55,579 nt of DNA. Origin: Thraustochytrium aureum (Eukaryota). Below the pieces are notes generated by a model. That model was not told where the DNA came from. It did no database searches and worked only from the letters and a program-made list of their open reading frames with translations. The position numbers were made by a program, and so were the translations under genes. Location: NCBI GenBank assembly GCA_012862495.1, contig BLSG01000117.1, positions 15,636-71,214 of the forward strand, read 5' to 3'. Below are positions 1 to 10,696 of the stretch, piece by piece. Within the stretch, counting starts at the first letter, position 1, and each line of letters starts with the position of its first letter.

Positions 1-2091
1 CGGCAAGTTCGTGGCAGTCGCGGCAACGTGGTCCGCGTTTCTGGCGTGCGGCCGCTCGTGAAGCGGATGGACTTCACCTGCTCCAAGTGCGAGGAGGTGA
101 TCACCAAAAACATGCCGGACGGCCGCTTTCAGCCGCCGACGCACTGCGGCACGGCCGACTGCAAGGCGCGCATCTTCCGCGCCGACAAGCCGACCGCGGT
201 GACGGTCGACTACCAAAAGATTCGGCTGCAGGAGATTGACGAGTCGACCAGCGCGGGCAGCGCGGGCGCCGTGCCACGCACCATTGACGTCGAGCTCACG
301 GAGGAGCTCGTCGACCTCGTCGTGCCAGGCGACGTGGTGACCGTTACTGGCGTGGTCAAGGCGCTCAACTCCGAGTCGCTCACTGGGCGCGGCAAGCGCG
401 CAAAGGGCAAAAACAAAGAGTCGAGTCTCCTCGTGCTCATCCTCGAGGCCAACGCGATCGAGAACAAGTCGATCGTGGCCCGCGGGGAAGGCTCAGCCGA
501 CCAAGGCGATGCGGCTGCAGCCGAAGCTGTGCTGCCAAACCCTGCGCACGACCTGGCGCCCGCCTCGCAGGACAGCGCGCTGGCCCTGCTCGAAGACGTC
601 ACGCAGCGCCGCAAAGTGCAGCGCGCCGAAAGGTCCCTGCTTTCGGGGGCCCAGGCCGGCGGCGCTGGCAGCGTGCGCGCCAAGAACGACGTGGTGGCCA
701 ACTTGACAGAGCGGGACTTTGCCATGATCCAGACCGTGGCGCGCCAATTCGACTTTAGCTTTCTCGTTCACAGTCTATGCCCGCTCATCCTGGGGCACGA
801 GCAGGTCAAGGCCGGCCTGCTCTTGGGCTTGGCGGGTGGCACCGCCATGACGGTCGACGCCAAGAACGCGATCCCGCTGCGTGGCGACGCCCATGTCCTG
901 GTCGTCGGCGACCCTGGCCTCGGCAAGTCGCAAATGCTAAAGGCAGCCGCCGCCGTGAGCCCTCGGGGCGTGTATGTGTGCGGCAACACGGCAACCAAGT
1001 CGGGGCTCACCGTGACCATGTCCAAGGACCAGAACGGCGAGCACTCGCTTGAAGCCGGCGCGCTCGTTCTGGCGGACCGCGGCGTGTGCTGCATCGACGA
1101 GTTTGACAAGATGACGTGCGAGCACGCCGCGCTGCTGGAGGCGATGGAGCAGCAGTCCATCTCGATCGCCAAGGCGGGCATCGTGTGCACGCTCTCGGCG
1201 CGCAGCGCCATCCTCGCCGCCGCAAACCCGATCGGCGGCCACTACGACCGCAACAAGACCATTCTGGAAAACCTGCGCATGAGCGCTCCGCTCCTCTCCC
1301 GCTTCGACCTCGTCTTCATTCTCGTCGACAAGCCCGACGTGGTCCAGGACGACGCCGTCGCCGACTACGTCGTGGACATGCACCTCGCGCAGGCCGGCGC
1401 GCGCAAGCGCCGGCGCGTCGGCGGCGCCTCGGCCGCGGGCTCGGTCGCAGGCACTGTGAATGGGAGGCGGCGCGGCCGCGGCGCGGACGAGAGCTTTCAG
1501 GCCTACTTGGCCTCGCGGGCGGGCGACTTTGACGAGCCGCTGCCGCCCGACATGCTGCGCAAGTACCTCGCCTTCGCCAAGCACTACTGCCACCCCCGGC
1601 TCAGCATCGCGGCTTGCAAGGTGCTGCAGCGCTTTTACCTGGAGCTGCGCCAGAAGGGGCTCATGTGCGACTCGACGCCGATCACAACGCGGCAGCTCGA
1701 GTCGCTCATCCGGCTCGCCCAGGCCCGCGCCAAGCTGGAGCTCCGTGACTTTGTCACCGAGGCGGATGCGAACGACATTGTCTCGCTCATGCGCGAGTCG
1801 CTCTTTGATGCGTTCACGGACGAGTCCGGTGCGGTCGACATGTCGCGCAGCGCCGGCATGTCCAGCGGCAAGCTCCTCAAGGCCCTCGCGGACCAGCTCA
1901 ACCGATCTGCGCGGGAGCGTGGCGACCCCAACTTTACGATCGAGCAGATCAAGTTTGAGGCAAAGAGGGCCAACGTGCTGCACCTCATCGAGGACATTCG
2001 CGAAACGTGCCGCGCGCTAAACGACCAGTGCTACCTCCTTATGCGCGGGCCGAACAAGTACAGGGTGCCGAACGGGTGGCAAAAGGCATGA
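1..2091 (+). CDS. MCM8: DNA helicase MCM8 (5'-truncated at the window edge)
   Basis: Zn finger CSKC...C..C, then VDYQKIRLQE and PRTIDVELTEELVD in the OB fold. Walker A GDPGLGKSQ, MCM8-type VYVCGNTATKSGLTV, Walker B IDEFDKM, Arg finger LLSRFDL, ITTRQLESLIRL. Frame 2 (nt 2-19) gives GKFVAV and joins frame 1 RGNVVRVS via a 1-nt deletion near nt 19. Confidence 0.95.
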   Translation, partial: RQVRGSRGNVVRVSGVRPLVKRMDFTCSKCEEVITKNMPDGRFQPPTHCGTADCKARIFRADKPTAVTVDYQKIRLQEIDESTSAGSAGAVPRTIDVELTEELVDLVVPGDVVTVTGVVKALNSESLTGRGKRAKGKNKESSLLVLILEANAIENKSIVARGEGSADQGDAAAAEAVLPNPAHDLAPASQDSALALLEDVTQRRKVQRAERSLLSGAQAGGAGSVRAKNDVVANLTERDFAMIQTVARQFDFSFLVHSLCPLILGHEQVKAGLLLGLAGGTAMTVDAKNAIPLRGDAHVLVVGDPGLGKSQMLKAAAAVSPRGVYVCGNTATKSGLTVTMSKDQNGEHSLEAGALVLADRGVCCIDEFDKMTCEHAALLEAMEQQSISIAKAGIVCTLSARSAILAAANPIGGHYDRNKTILENLRMSAPLLSRFDLVFILVDKPDVVQDDAVADYVVDMHLAQAGARKRRRVGGASAAGSVAGTVNGRRRGRGADESFQAYLASRAGDFDEPLPPDMLRKYLAFAKHYCHPRLSIAACKVLQRFYLELRQKGLMCDSTPITTRQLESLIRLAQARAKLELRDFVTEADANDIVSLMRESLFDAFTDESGAVDMSRSAGMSSGKLLKALADQLNRSARERGDPNFTIEQIKFEAKRANVLHLIEDIRETCRALNDQCYLLMRGPNKYRVPNGWQKA

Positions 2092-2412
2092 CGCTGGCCT
2101 GCTCGACCGCTGGCGGGGCCGCGGAGTTGGCAGCTTGGTCGTCTGCAGGGCGCATGGCATCGACCGCTCCAAGGGAGCGAGCTACCTAGCAAGAGAGCTG
2201 CTGCACCCGCGTCTTGCGCGTTGAAGCTGCGCACTCTGCTTTTTTTAAACGCCTTGATCAAAAATGATGTATTGTAAGTCAAGCCGACTCGGAGGACACG
2301 CTCGCTTGGCACACAGACCGCTGAGCGAAAAACAGGTGCCATGAATTTTTGTCTAAAATAAAGAAAGCTCGTCGTCCGAAGCACTACCGAGCGCTGGCGC
2401 GACGTGCGAGAG

Positions 2413-3307
2413 TCAGCTCGCGCCGCCGCTGCCGCCCTTCCGCGCGAGCATTTGCTGCTTGAAGCGCGAGGCGCGCTTTGGCTTCTCCTGGTCGGGGTTG
2501 GCCCGCAGCGCCGGAACTGGGTCGCGCTCCACAATGCGGCCGACCAGGTCATTTGCGTGCTGGACCTTTTGCACGGGCTCGGGCTCGACCGCCTCCTCCT
2601 GGGCTTGCTCCCCTTGCGCGTCGTCGCTCAACAACTCTGGGTCGCCCTTCGCGAGCGCCTGCTCCTCGAGGGCCTCGAGCTCGGCTAGCCGCTCACGAAT
2701 CTTGGCGAACTCTGCCGCAGAAACCTGTGCGGTTCGGAGGCCCTCTTTGGCGCAGCTTTACTCAGCGCTTCCGCCTCTTCTACGGTCAAGCGAAGCTCGC
2801 GGACGCCCTCCTGCTCCTCAGCCGCCGCGAGCGGCGGTTCGAACGCCGCCTTGCGTATTGGGTCGCTGTCGTGGCCGGCGAGCAGGTCTAGCTCGGCCTG
2901 CTCAATCTCGTGACGGAGCTCCTCGAGCTGCTCAACGAGCTTGGCCTGCCTCCGGCCGAGTATCTTTTGCGCCTGAAAGCACGTCTGCCAAGCGTGTATG
3001 CCGCCGCCAAGGTCCACGAGCACTTCATTCGTGCGCACGATCCTTGCCGGCACAAAGGCCAGCTGCGCGAGCGCCCCATGTCAGCCTTGCTCCGCATCGA
3101 GCCTCTGCGCCTTCTCCGCCCGCCGAAACAACTCACCGGCCCGACGGGGACGAGCGTCTCGTGCTTGAGCCGCATATTCACCGTCCCCACGACCTTGGCA
3201 AGCCCGTTCATCTCAGCCCATTGCTTCTCTAGCGTCTCATGCCTGGCGCGCAAGGCGTCAAGAACGCCCTCGATGTCCTGGCCCGCGCCTCCACCTGCCA
3301 TCCGCAT
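2413..3307 (-). CDS. URI1: URI1/Bud27-like unconventional prefoldin (one intron plus one frameshift)
   Basis: Splicing out 3063-3136 gives the alpha-prefoldin core HETLVPVGP|LAFVPARIVRTNEVLVDLGGG...QAQKILGRRQ. C-terminal IVERDP and a URI-box-like KPKRASRFKQQM. A frame change is needed within ~2724-2757. Confidence 0.8.
3063..3136 (-). other. Spliceosomal intron, 74 nt, phase 0, in URI1-like gene
   Basis: GTGAGT donor, GCTGAC branch point and CGCAG acceptor. Removal restores the prefoldin motif VPVGPLAF. Confidence 0.85.
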
Positions 3308-3821
3308 CCTCGCGGCAACGCGCGCCTTCCTTTCCAGCTCTGCCTGCCTGCCTGTCTGGCGCCCACCAAAACCAACTTTCAACAATCGACATTTTCAATT
3401 CAAGATTCGACAAAGCAAAACGAACAGCTCATATCCAACAGGTTAGGCGCCTTCCGAGCAGCAGGTGTGCGCTCGTTTCTCTTCGGTACGGAACGCAGGG
3501 TGTGTATAGGGTGTGCACTCGCGGGTTTCGGTGGATGGCGTTGGGCGCAGATCCGTTAGTTCCGTTCGAGTCAGGGCAGGATTGGATGGGTTTTGGATGG
3601 GTTTGCGGGTCGTGATGGTGGACGTGGATGTGGATGTGGCGCCGGTTGACAGAATTGATCGATCGGCTGCGCGCGGTACTGCGTGCGACACGTGGAGGCT
3701 AGCGAAGGGCTTGGTCGATTACGCGGCGTCGTTAATCGGTCTCTGCTCGCAGCGCGGCGAGCGGCACGTGGAGGTTTGCGGAGCGTTGTGCGGCTCGGGT
3801 TGGAGAAAGTGGTGCGCGACG

Positions 3822-3915
3822 GCGCTCGCTCCGTCGCTCGCTCAGTCACTCGTTCAGTCGCTCCGTCGCTCGCTCAGTCGCTGCGTCGCTCGCTCAGTCG
3901 CTGCGTCGCTCGCTC
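3822..3915. repeat. Degenerate minisatellite of (CGCT)/(CAGT)/(CCGT) tetramers in a divergent intergenic region
   Basis: Repeated GTCGCTCGCTCA-type units, including two copies of CGCTCGCTCAGTCGCTGCGT. Confidence 0.8.
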
Positions 3916-4158
3916 GACGATACCAAGAACTTGCCGATTGGGTGTTATTTGTACCGCAAGCTGCGTCTGACGCTCGCAAAGGCTTGGCGAGTCGAGGTTA
4001 GCGGCGCTGGCCTGCTGCAGGGGCAGGCGTCCTGCGTTTGCCGAGCTTGGTGGAGCTTGAAAGTGGGGAATTCGCGGCTCTGGCCAAGCTGACCAGGCGC
4101 AAGAAGGAGCGCGGTTTCTCAACGCCAGCGAGTGGTCGGAACTCTGCACCGTCTCGAG

Positions 4159-5883
4159 ATGACCAGCACAGAAGCAGAGGGGGTCGAATTTGAGACCGAC
4201 TTTTCGTCGCCGCGGTTCGACGAGGCATGCAAGAGGACGGGGGTTCTCAAGCGCGACCTCGAACCAAAATTCTATCACGACTTTGACGAAGATGGACTCG
4301 AGCCTGCCGTGCAGCAAGTGCGGTTCGAGCATTACCAGCGCAAGCGCAACGAGAGAATCAGGCTTGTCCTTGAAATGCGCGACAGGATCCTGGAAGAACA
4401 AAAGCTCCATGCTCGTGCGTACGGCAGCAACAGCGGCGGCCAAGGCCTCGCCTCTGAGATTGACGAGGATGCGCTGCTCGCAAAAGAGCGCGAGCAACTG
4501 GAGCGCCTGAAAATTCGGCAGCGCCAGGAGCTCGAGCAGATGATGGCATTTGAGCTGCGTACCACCAAACAGCTCGAGGAGAACGAGCGCAAGCTGGAGC
4601 GCGAGGCGCGGCTCAAAAGAGAGGCGGAAGCCCTGCGCCGCAAGCGTGTGCAAGAGGAAGAGGAGCGGCGCGCGCGTATTGAGGCGGAGAAACATGAGCG
4701 CGCCAAGGCCGAAGAGCGCGAGAGGCGCAGGCTCGCCGAGCAAGAAGCCAAGGCAAGCAAGGCCCAAGCCGAACGCGAACGCAAACAAGAGGAAGAAGCG
4801 CGCCGCAAAGCGCGCGAGCGCGAGCAAATCCGTGACCAAAAGCAGCGCGAGATGCGCGAACAGACGCGCCGGCTCTTTGACGAGCAACAAAAGCGCATCG
4901 AGGAAAAGCAGCGGCTCATCGAGGCACGCGACCGCGAGCGGGCCGAGGCGCGCGAAAAACGGCGGCAAGAACTCGCTGCAGAACACGCAGAGCGTCAGCG
5001 CCAGCAGGACGAGCGGGTGAGCCAGGCCTTACGCAACCAGCAACAGCTTCTCGAGCAGCAGCGGAACGAGTTCCACTCCAAGCAGGAGCGGGCAAGGGAA
5101 AAGCAGCGCCTCTTGGAACAGCAGCGCGAGGAGGAGCGTCTAGAGGCGCAACGCCGCAGCGATGAGAAGAACCAGGTTATTCTGCGAACGCGGCAGCAAA
5201 TGGAGGAGCGCGCCGCACAAAAGAGGCAGCGCGCCGAGGAGCAGCAAGCCTACATCGAGCACCGCTTGCGCCAGCTCAACATGCACGCAGAGCTCGAGGC
5301 CCAGCACAAAGCGCGAGAGCAGAATGATCGAGATGAGAAGCGGCGCCAAGCGTACGAGCAGATGCTTGCCAACCAGGAGGCGAAACGCGACGCAGTTCAC
5401 CGGAAACAGCAGGAGCGAATTCACGCTGCGGCGCTTCGCGCGCAGCGGGATCACGTCAAAGACCTTACCCACGAGGAACTTTTGCGTCTTCGGGAGCAGG
5501 ACCGTCTCGACACTATTGAGCGCAAGAAGCGCCGGGACGAGTACAACCGCGTGCGAATCATGACCAAGCTGCAGCAAGAGGAGGAGCGCGCGCGTCAGAT
5601 TAAGGAGCAGCGCGAGCTCTTGGTCCGCAAGCGGATTGAGCAGCGCGACAAGGCAGCGCGCGAAAAGGCCGTCATCGTTTCTGCTTTTGCCAAGATGAGG
5701 GAAACCGGCAAGCTAGTGCTGCCAAAGGACCTCGAATTCGTCGGCGCTCTGCCCTCGCTAGAAGGGCTCGCGACCGCGCCAAAGTCGGCCGCACGAGCCT
5801 CGCCGCTCGCCACGCAAACCAAGAGGCCGGGCACAGCACTGCGGAGCGGGCCGTCCGCAGGCGTCGGGCGCCAGCACTCGCCA
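4159..5883 (+). CDS. Long charged coiled-coil protein, CCDC177-like N-terminus (3' end in gap)
   Basis: N-terminal motif SPRFDEACKRTGVLKRDL...FEHYQRKRNERIRLVLEMRDRIL resembles the SPRSLEAC...YEAYEAERRAK motif of CCDC177-type proteins (recalled, not searched). It is followed by >400 aa of E/R/Q/K helix. Confidence 0.7.
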
Positions 5884-6827
5884 NNNNNNNNNNNNNNNNN
5901 NNNNNNNNNNNNNNNNNNNNNNNNNNNNNNNNNNNNNNNNNNNNNNNNNNNNNNNNNNNNNNNNNNNNNNNNNNNNNNNNNNNNNNNNNNNNNNNNNNNN
6001 NNNNNNNNNNNNNNNNNNNNNNNNNNNNNNNNNNNNNNNNNNNNNNNNNNNNNNNNNNNNNNNNNNNNNNNNNNNNNNNNNNNNNNNNNNNNNNNNNNNN
6101 NNNNNNNNNNNNNNNNNNNNNNNNNNNNNNNNNNNNNNNNNNNNNNNNNNNNNNNNNNNNNNNNNNNNNNNNNNNNNNNNNNNNNNNNNNNNNNNNNNNN
6201 NNNNNNNNNNNNNNNNNNNNNNNNNNNNNNNNNNNNNNNNNNNNNNNNNNNNNNNNNNNNNNNNNNNNNNNNNNNNNNNNNNNNNNNNNNNNNNNNNNNN
6301 NNNNNNNNNNNNNNNNNNNNNNNNNNNNNNNNNNNNNNNNNNNNGGTGTTGCGCGACACCAGAGCGTTAAACTGCTCATCGTGCTGCGCGCGATCCTGCG
6401 TGCCTTGCCTGGCTGCCTGGCTCTCAATCTGCCAGAGGCCAACAAAAGTGAGTAGCGTTGACTCCAAGTTGACTCTGTTCTTGCAAAATCAAGCAGGGCG
6501 GCTTTGCATTTTTTTGATGTGCTTTGAACATCTGTGGTTTTGGAAGGTGGTATGCGGATGGATGCCGTGCTGGACGTGATCTGATTGGACCACCACCATC
6601 TGGTTCTGATCGATTCCAAATTTTCTCGCGTGCACCTGTTCTCAGAAAGCAAACATCAGATTTCATTAGCTGCTGGAATCGATCAGCTGGGCGTGTTTGA
6701 TTGAGATTGACCAAAAGGACAAAAAGTCCCTTCTTTAGAATCACGTACGCGTGCAACTAGCTCTACTGGCGCACAGGCCATGGCGCTTCAAGATGCATCG
6801 GTGCTGGGCTTTCCTTTTCTCACGCTC

Positions 6828-7865
6828 TTAGAACTCGTCGGAGTGAATCTGTCGCTTCGTGACATGCTTTCGACGGCGGCGTCTCTTCGCCCCGTGCCTG
6901 ACGGTTGGCTGGCGCGTCGGAGAGGACGTCGGCCCCCCAACTAGGCCTCCGTCACCTCCGCGTGGCAGCTTGTCACCGCCATTCTCACGCAGCGTTTGCT
7001 CAATAAAGTCGATGAAATAAGACGTCCGCGTGTAGACTCCGTAAAACCTTGCCCTTGCGCAACCTTTGCCGAACGAGACGAGGCCGACCTGTACAATTGT
7101 TCCGTCGTTTTCGTCCACGTGAAACAGTGGGCCGCCAGAGTCGCCAGAGCACGAGTCCCTGCCTTTCACATTGTACCCGGCGCACATCTGTCCATCCGTG
7201 AGCGACGAGTAGCTCTTTTCGCAAGCTTTTTTGCTCTGTACGGGAACGATGACTTCTCGGAGCTCGTTCGAGACGACTCCTGAGCTTTCGCTTGTGTAGC
7301 CCCAACCAATGACCGAGAGCGGCGTGCCGGGCGCTTCGTACTCGGGGTCTCCCACGGTCCTGGACAAGCGCACCGGCCAGATGCCGTGAACGGGGCTCTC
7401 GAGCAACAACAAAGCAATGTCATTCTGCAGCGAGCCAGACTTTGGATGTACCACCACCTCGGTCACCTTGCGAATGATGCCCCCGTTTTTGACGCGCAAG
7501 TCAAACGCGCCGATCTGGACGCGCTCTGGCTTGCTGTTTTCGACACAGTGCGCCGCTGTTAGCACCCATCTTTCGTGGATCAGGGACCCGCCGCAGTTGT
7601 GCTGAACCCGCGTCCCCGCCTTGAACTGGAGCGAAGCGGCAAACCGATAGCTGGTTTGGTCAGGCGGGACCACCCACCCACCGACGATCCGCCACTCAAC
7701 TAGCGAGCGTGCGTCTTGCGCCCGCAGGACTTGCCAGCCGCTTTCGTCCTGCGCGCTTTGCACGCTTTGCGATGTGGAGCCGTGCGCGACGTTGCCATGA
7801 AATGCAGCGTGTGCAACGACGGCGGCGAGGAGGGCTCGTGCCGCCGAGGCAAACGCGCGCCCCAT
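6828..7865 (-). CDS. Secreted trypsin-like serine protease (S1A)
   Basis: Hydrophobic signal peptide, R|IVGG activation site, CGGSLI..WVLTAAHC (His), NDIALL (Asp), DSCSGDSGGP (Ser, with S1-pocket Asp), GVYTR. Confidence 0.95.
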   Translation of the reverse strand: MGRAFASAARALLAAVVAHAAFHGNVAHGSTSQSVQSAQDESGWQVLRAQDARSLVEWRIVGGWVVPPDQTSYRFAASLQFKAGTRVQHNCGGSLIHERWVLTAAHCVENSKPERVQIGAFDLRVKNGGIIRKVTEVVVHPKSGSLQNDIALLLLESPVHGIWPVRLSRTVGDPEYEAPGTPLSVIGWGYTSESSGVVSNELREVIVPVQSKKACEKSYSSLTDGQMCAGYNVKGRDSCSGDSGGPLFHVDENDGTIVQVGLVSFGKGCARARFYGVYTRTSYFIDFIEQTLRENGGDKLPRGGDGGLVGGPTSSPTRQPTVRHGAKRRRRRKHVTKRQIHSDEF

Positions 7866-8416
7866 TATGACGCTACCGTAGCTCTAGAGGGGCAGACGAT
7901 TTTGCCAACGTCGTGCTCAGCGGTCCGCCCAAACCAAGGAAAGAAAGAGCCTATTTGCAGGCAGGTCCAGATGCGGCACTGCATCCATCATATCGCAAGG
8001 TCCACTTGCACTCCGCCTTTTCAGCCCAAATGAATCCCGGCGCGAGATGAGGAAAGGAAGGCCACCGCGCCACGCGGGCCGGCCTTCATCGGGCGCGGGT
8101 GCCGCGCGGGCTCGTGGCGCGGCACCCCAGCCGGGAATGCTGAAGCCGCTACCGGACAAAAACGAACAAAAACGACCAGCGCACCCGCAACCCTTCTGGG
8201 TCCCCCGGGCGCGGCGACGGCCCGAACGGCGGAGGGACCACTCGATTGATTAAAAGAGAGCGAAGCATGCACATAACATGCAGGCCTGGACCTTGCTTGC
8301 CACAGCCCTCGGATCGGGTCTCAGCGTCAGCGTCGAGGTAGGCCCCGGATCAACGGAAAAAGACCCTCGGTTGGAAGATTTCGTTCGTTTGCAAGTAGAG
8401 TACCTGTTGGCAGTGA

Positions 8417-9843
8417 TCAGTTGGCGACGCCGCCGTCCTCGAAAAACGCCGTGATCTTGCCCCGGCGCGGGCTGTCTAGGTGGTGCTTGAACTTTTGCGG
8501 CACGGCATAGACGTAGTAGTGAACTGTTTCTTGGTCATCCAAGAGAATGAGTTGTCAAAGTCGAGGTGTAGCACGCCCGACGAGGAGGCCTCAAAGCTGC
8601 CACCCGTCGAATCGAGGCGCTCGACGGTTTGCACGACGACACCACCCGACTCGCCCTCCGCGTCCTTGGCTTCCTCGTGCTCGCTCGCAATTGGGCCGCT
8701 GAGCCTGACAGCCAAGTTGATGTCACCAGACTTGAGGTAGTAGCCCCAGATGATAAAGGTGCCCGACTCGACGGGCACAGTCACAGCCGTCTTGGAGCCT
8801 TTGCCAACCTCAAGCACCTTGTACTCGCGGTCGATCTCGTCGTACTCCTTTTTATCAAAAACGAGCGGCCATTCGTCGGGCCGCGAGCCGCCGAGCGAGA
8901 CCGGGAGACTCTGGAGCGGGATCGTCTCTTGCAGTTTCTTGTACTTTGAGCCGATCATCTCGATCTTGGCCACAGTGCGCTCGGCCAAGCAGGGCTTGAG
9001 TAGGCTCCAAGCCACGCTGAAGATCTTCGGCGCGTTGAGCAGGTAGGTCTTGTGCATCGACTCGGGGTAAAAGTCCTGGGTGATCGCCAGCGTCTTGCGG
9101 ATAATTTCCCAGCCGTTGCGGCTGCGCAGGTGGCCAGGACCCACGCCGCGCAGGTCGTAAATGAGCACGATTCGCATCAGCATGCCGCGCTCCATGGTCA
9201 GCTTGTCGAGCATTAGCGCGTTGTATTCCATGCAGTACACGTGGTGGCGAACCCACTCCTCCTCGCTGAAGCAGCTCATCACCTTGCGCGGCTGCACGTT
9301 GCCGATGAGCTCGATGTGCACCGGGCGCCCCTTGTCGTCCTCGCCGTGGTGGATGTGGCTCGGGTAGTAGCGCATGATGCGGCCGTGAGCAGGAAACTGC
9401 GGCGGCTCCAGCTTGCGATCGATGATGTCCTGCCGGATCGCGTCTGCCCCGTACTCGCGACGCCAGGCAAGCATGTTGCGGTACATTGTGGCAGCCACTT
9501 GCAAATCGAACTTGTGGCCCCGCAAGAAGCGCATCAGCCGTCTGTCCGAGACGAGCTCGGGAAACTGGGGTGCGCCAGCGATCTCTGTGGCAAGCATCTC
9601 GCGCAGCTTTCCAAGCAACTCGGTTTGCTCTGCAGTGAACGGGTAGTCTGTCTTTGTCAGCTCCTTGCGCTCCGTCGAGCTCAGGGACCGGGACCTGCTG
9701 CCTTGGAGGTCGGCCATCAGCGCTGCCTCGGCCTCGCCGTTGTCGGCGTCAAGGTCCAGGTCGCCCATCTCGTCTGAGGCGTCGTCCGCATCGGACGCCT
9801 TGGCCGCCTTGCCAGTCAGCGCCCTGCGCAAAAAAGTCGCCAT
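8417..9843 (-). CDS. SEC14-like CRAL-TRIO + GOLD lipid-transfer protein (C-terminus corrected for a 1-nt deletion at 8527-8529)
   Basis: CRAL-TRIO_N LMRFLRGHKFD..WRRE. CRAL-TRIO DDKGRPV, DLRG, QDFYPE, NAPKIF, LPVSLGG. GOLD FDNSFSW, continuing KKTVHYYVYAV...GGVAN* in the shifted frame (TGA at 8417-8419). Confidence 0.92.
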
Positions 9844-10437
9844 GCTATGTGCTAAGTGTGCTGGTCAGCGGCTGAGGTTTCGTACCGTCGAGCTGCTGCC
9901 TGGATTTGCGCGCGCACTCGACGAGTTCGCGCAATGTCTGATTCCAGGTCTGTCTGTCGGCTTCCCAACATCAGGCCCAAACCGATGCGAGCGCCTGGCC
10001 GCAACGCCAACCGTCTCTGGAAACCAAAATTTTTAAGAATCGGGCTCCCGCGCCGAGCCCTCCAGTGGACTCTGCACACTATTTCATTGACGGCTCGTGG
10101 CCCATGTCTCGCGCGGAGCGTGCACCCAAGCCTCCGCGCTCTAGCTAGAGGCTCTTTTTGCTGTTTGTTGCCAATCAACAAAACGCAGCAACGTTTTCGA
10201 GCACTTTGTTCTCGAGCTAACAAGCAGAGACAGCCGAGCAAACCGCGGCGCAGATTCGCATTGTGTCTGGGTGTTTTCGGACGCGGACGTAGGCTCGCGC
10301 AACAGGCCAAAACCATCGTGAGCCAACATCTGTCGCTGTAACCACTCCACCTGCAACGGACACCCCTGACAAATTGACCGGCCCAAGTCCGGTCCTAAAG
10401 AACACCAGTTCGTTCGTCGACCGCCTTCGAGCACGGA

Positions 10438-10462
10438 TTTAGGTTAAGGGTTGGGTTAAGGG
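10438..10462 (+). repeat. Short degenerate telomere-like G-tract (TTTAGG TTAAGGG TTGGG TTAAGGG)
   Basis: Read directly. It lies in the divergent SEC14/WD40 intergenic region. Confidence 0.5.
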
Positions 10463-10696
10463 TAGCTCGTTATATCCGGTGAGTGGACTTGGACCAGCAG
10501 CAATCAACCGCCGCAGCAGAGCTTGAACAAGAGCGGCTCGCGGGGCCCGCTGGCGCGTGGAGCGGCGACAGCGTACCAGCTGACGGTTTATCTCGGCCGC
10601 TTCCCGTTGGCCTGGCCGTGGACGTGCTCTCTGCGGTTTGCTTGCTGGTTTACTGCTTGTGGCTCGTGTGCTTGGCCTGCGCGTGGAGGCGACGCG

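Noticed and set aside
937..1983. Long antisense ORFs (also 3874-4986, 21702-22700, 27507-28442, 30653-31846, 50566-51327)
   Set aside because: They are shadows of GC3-biased genes on the opposite strand and show no independent motifs.
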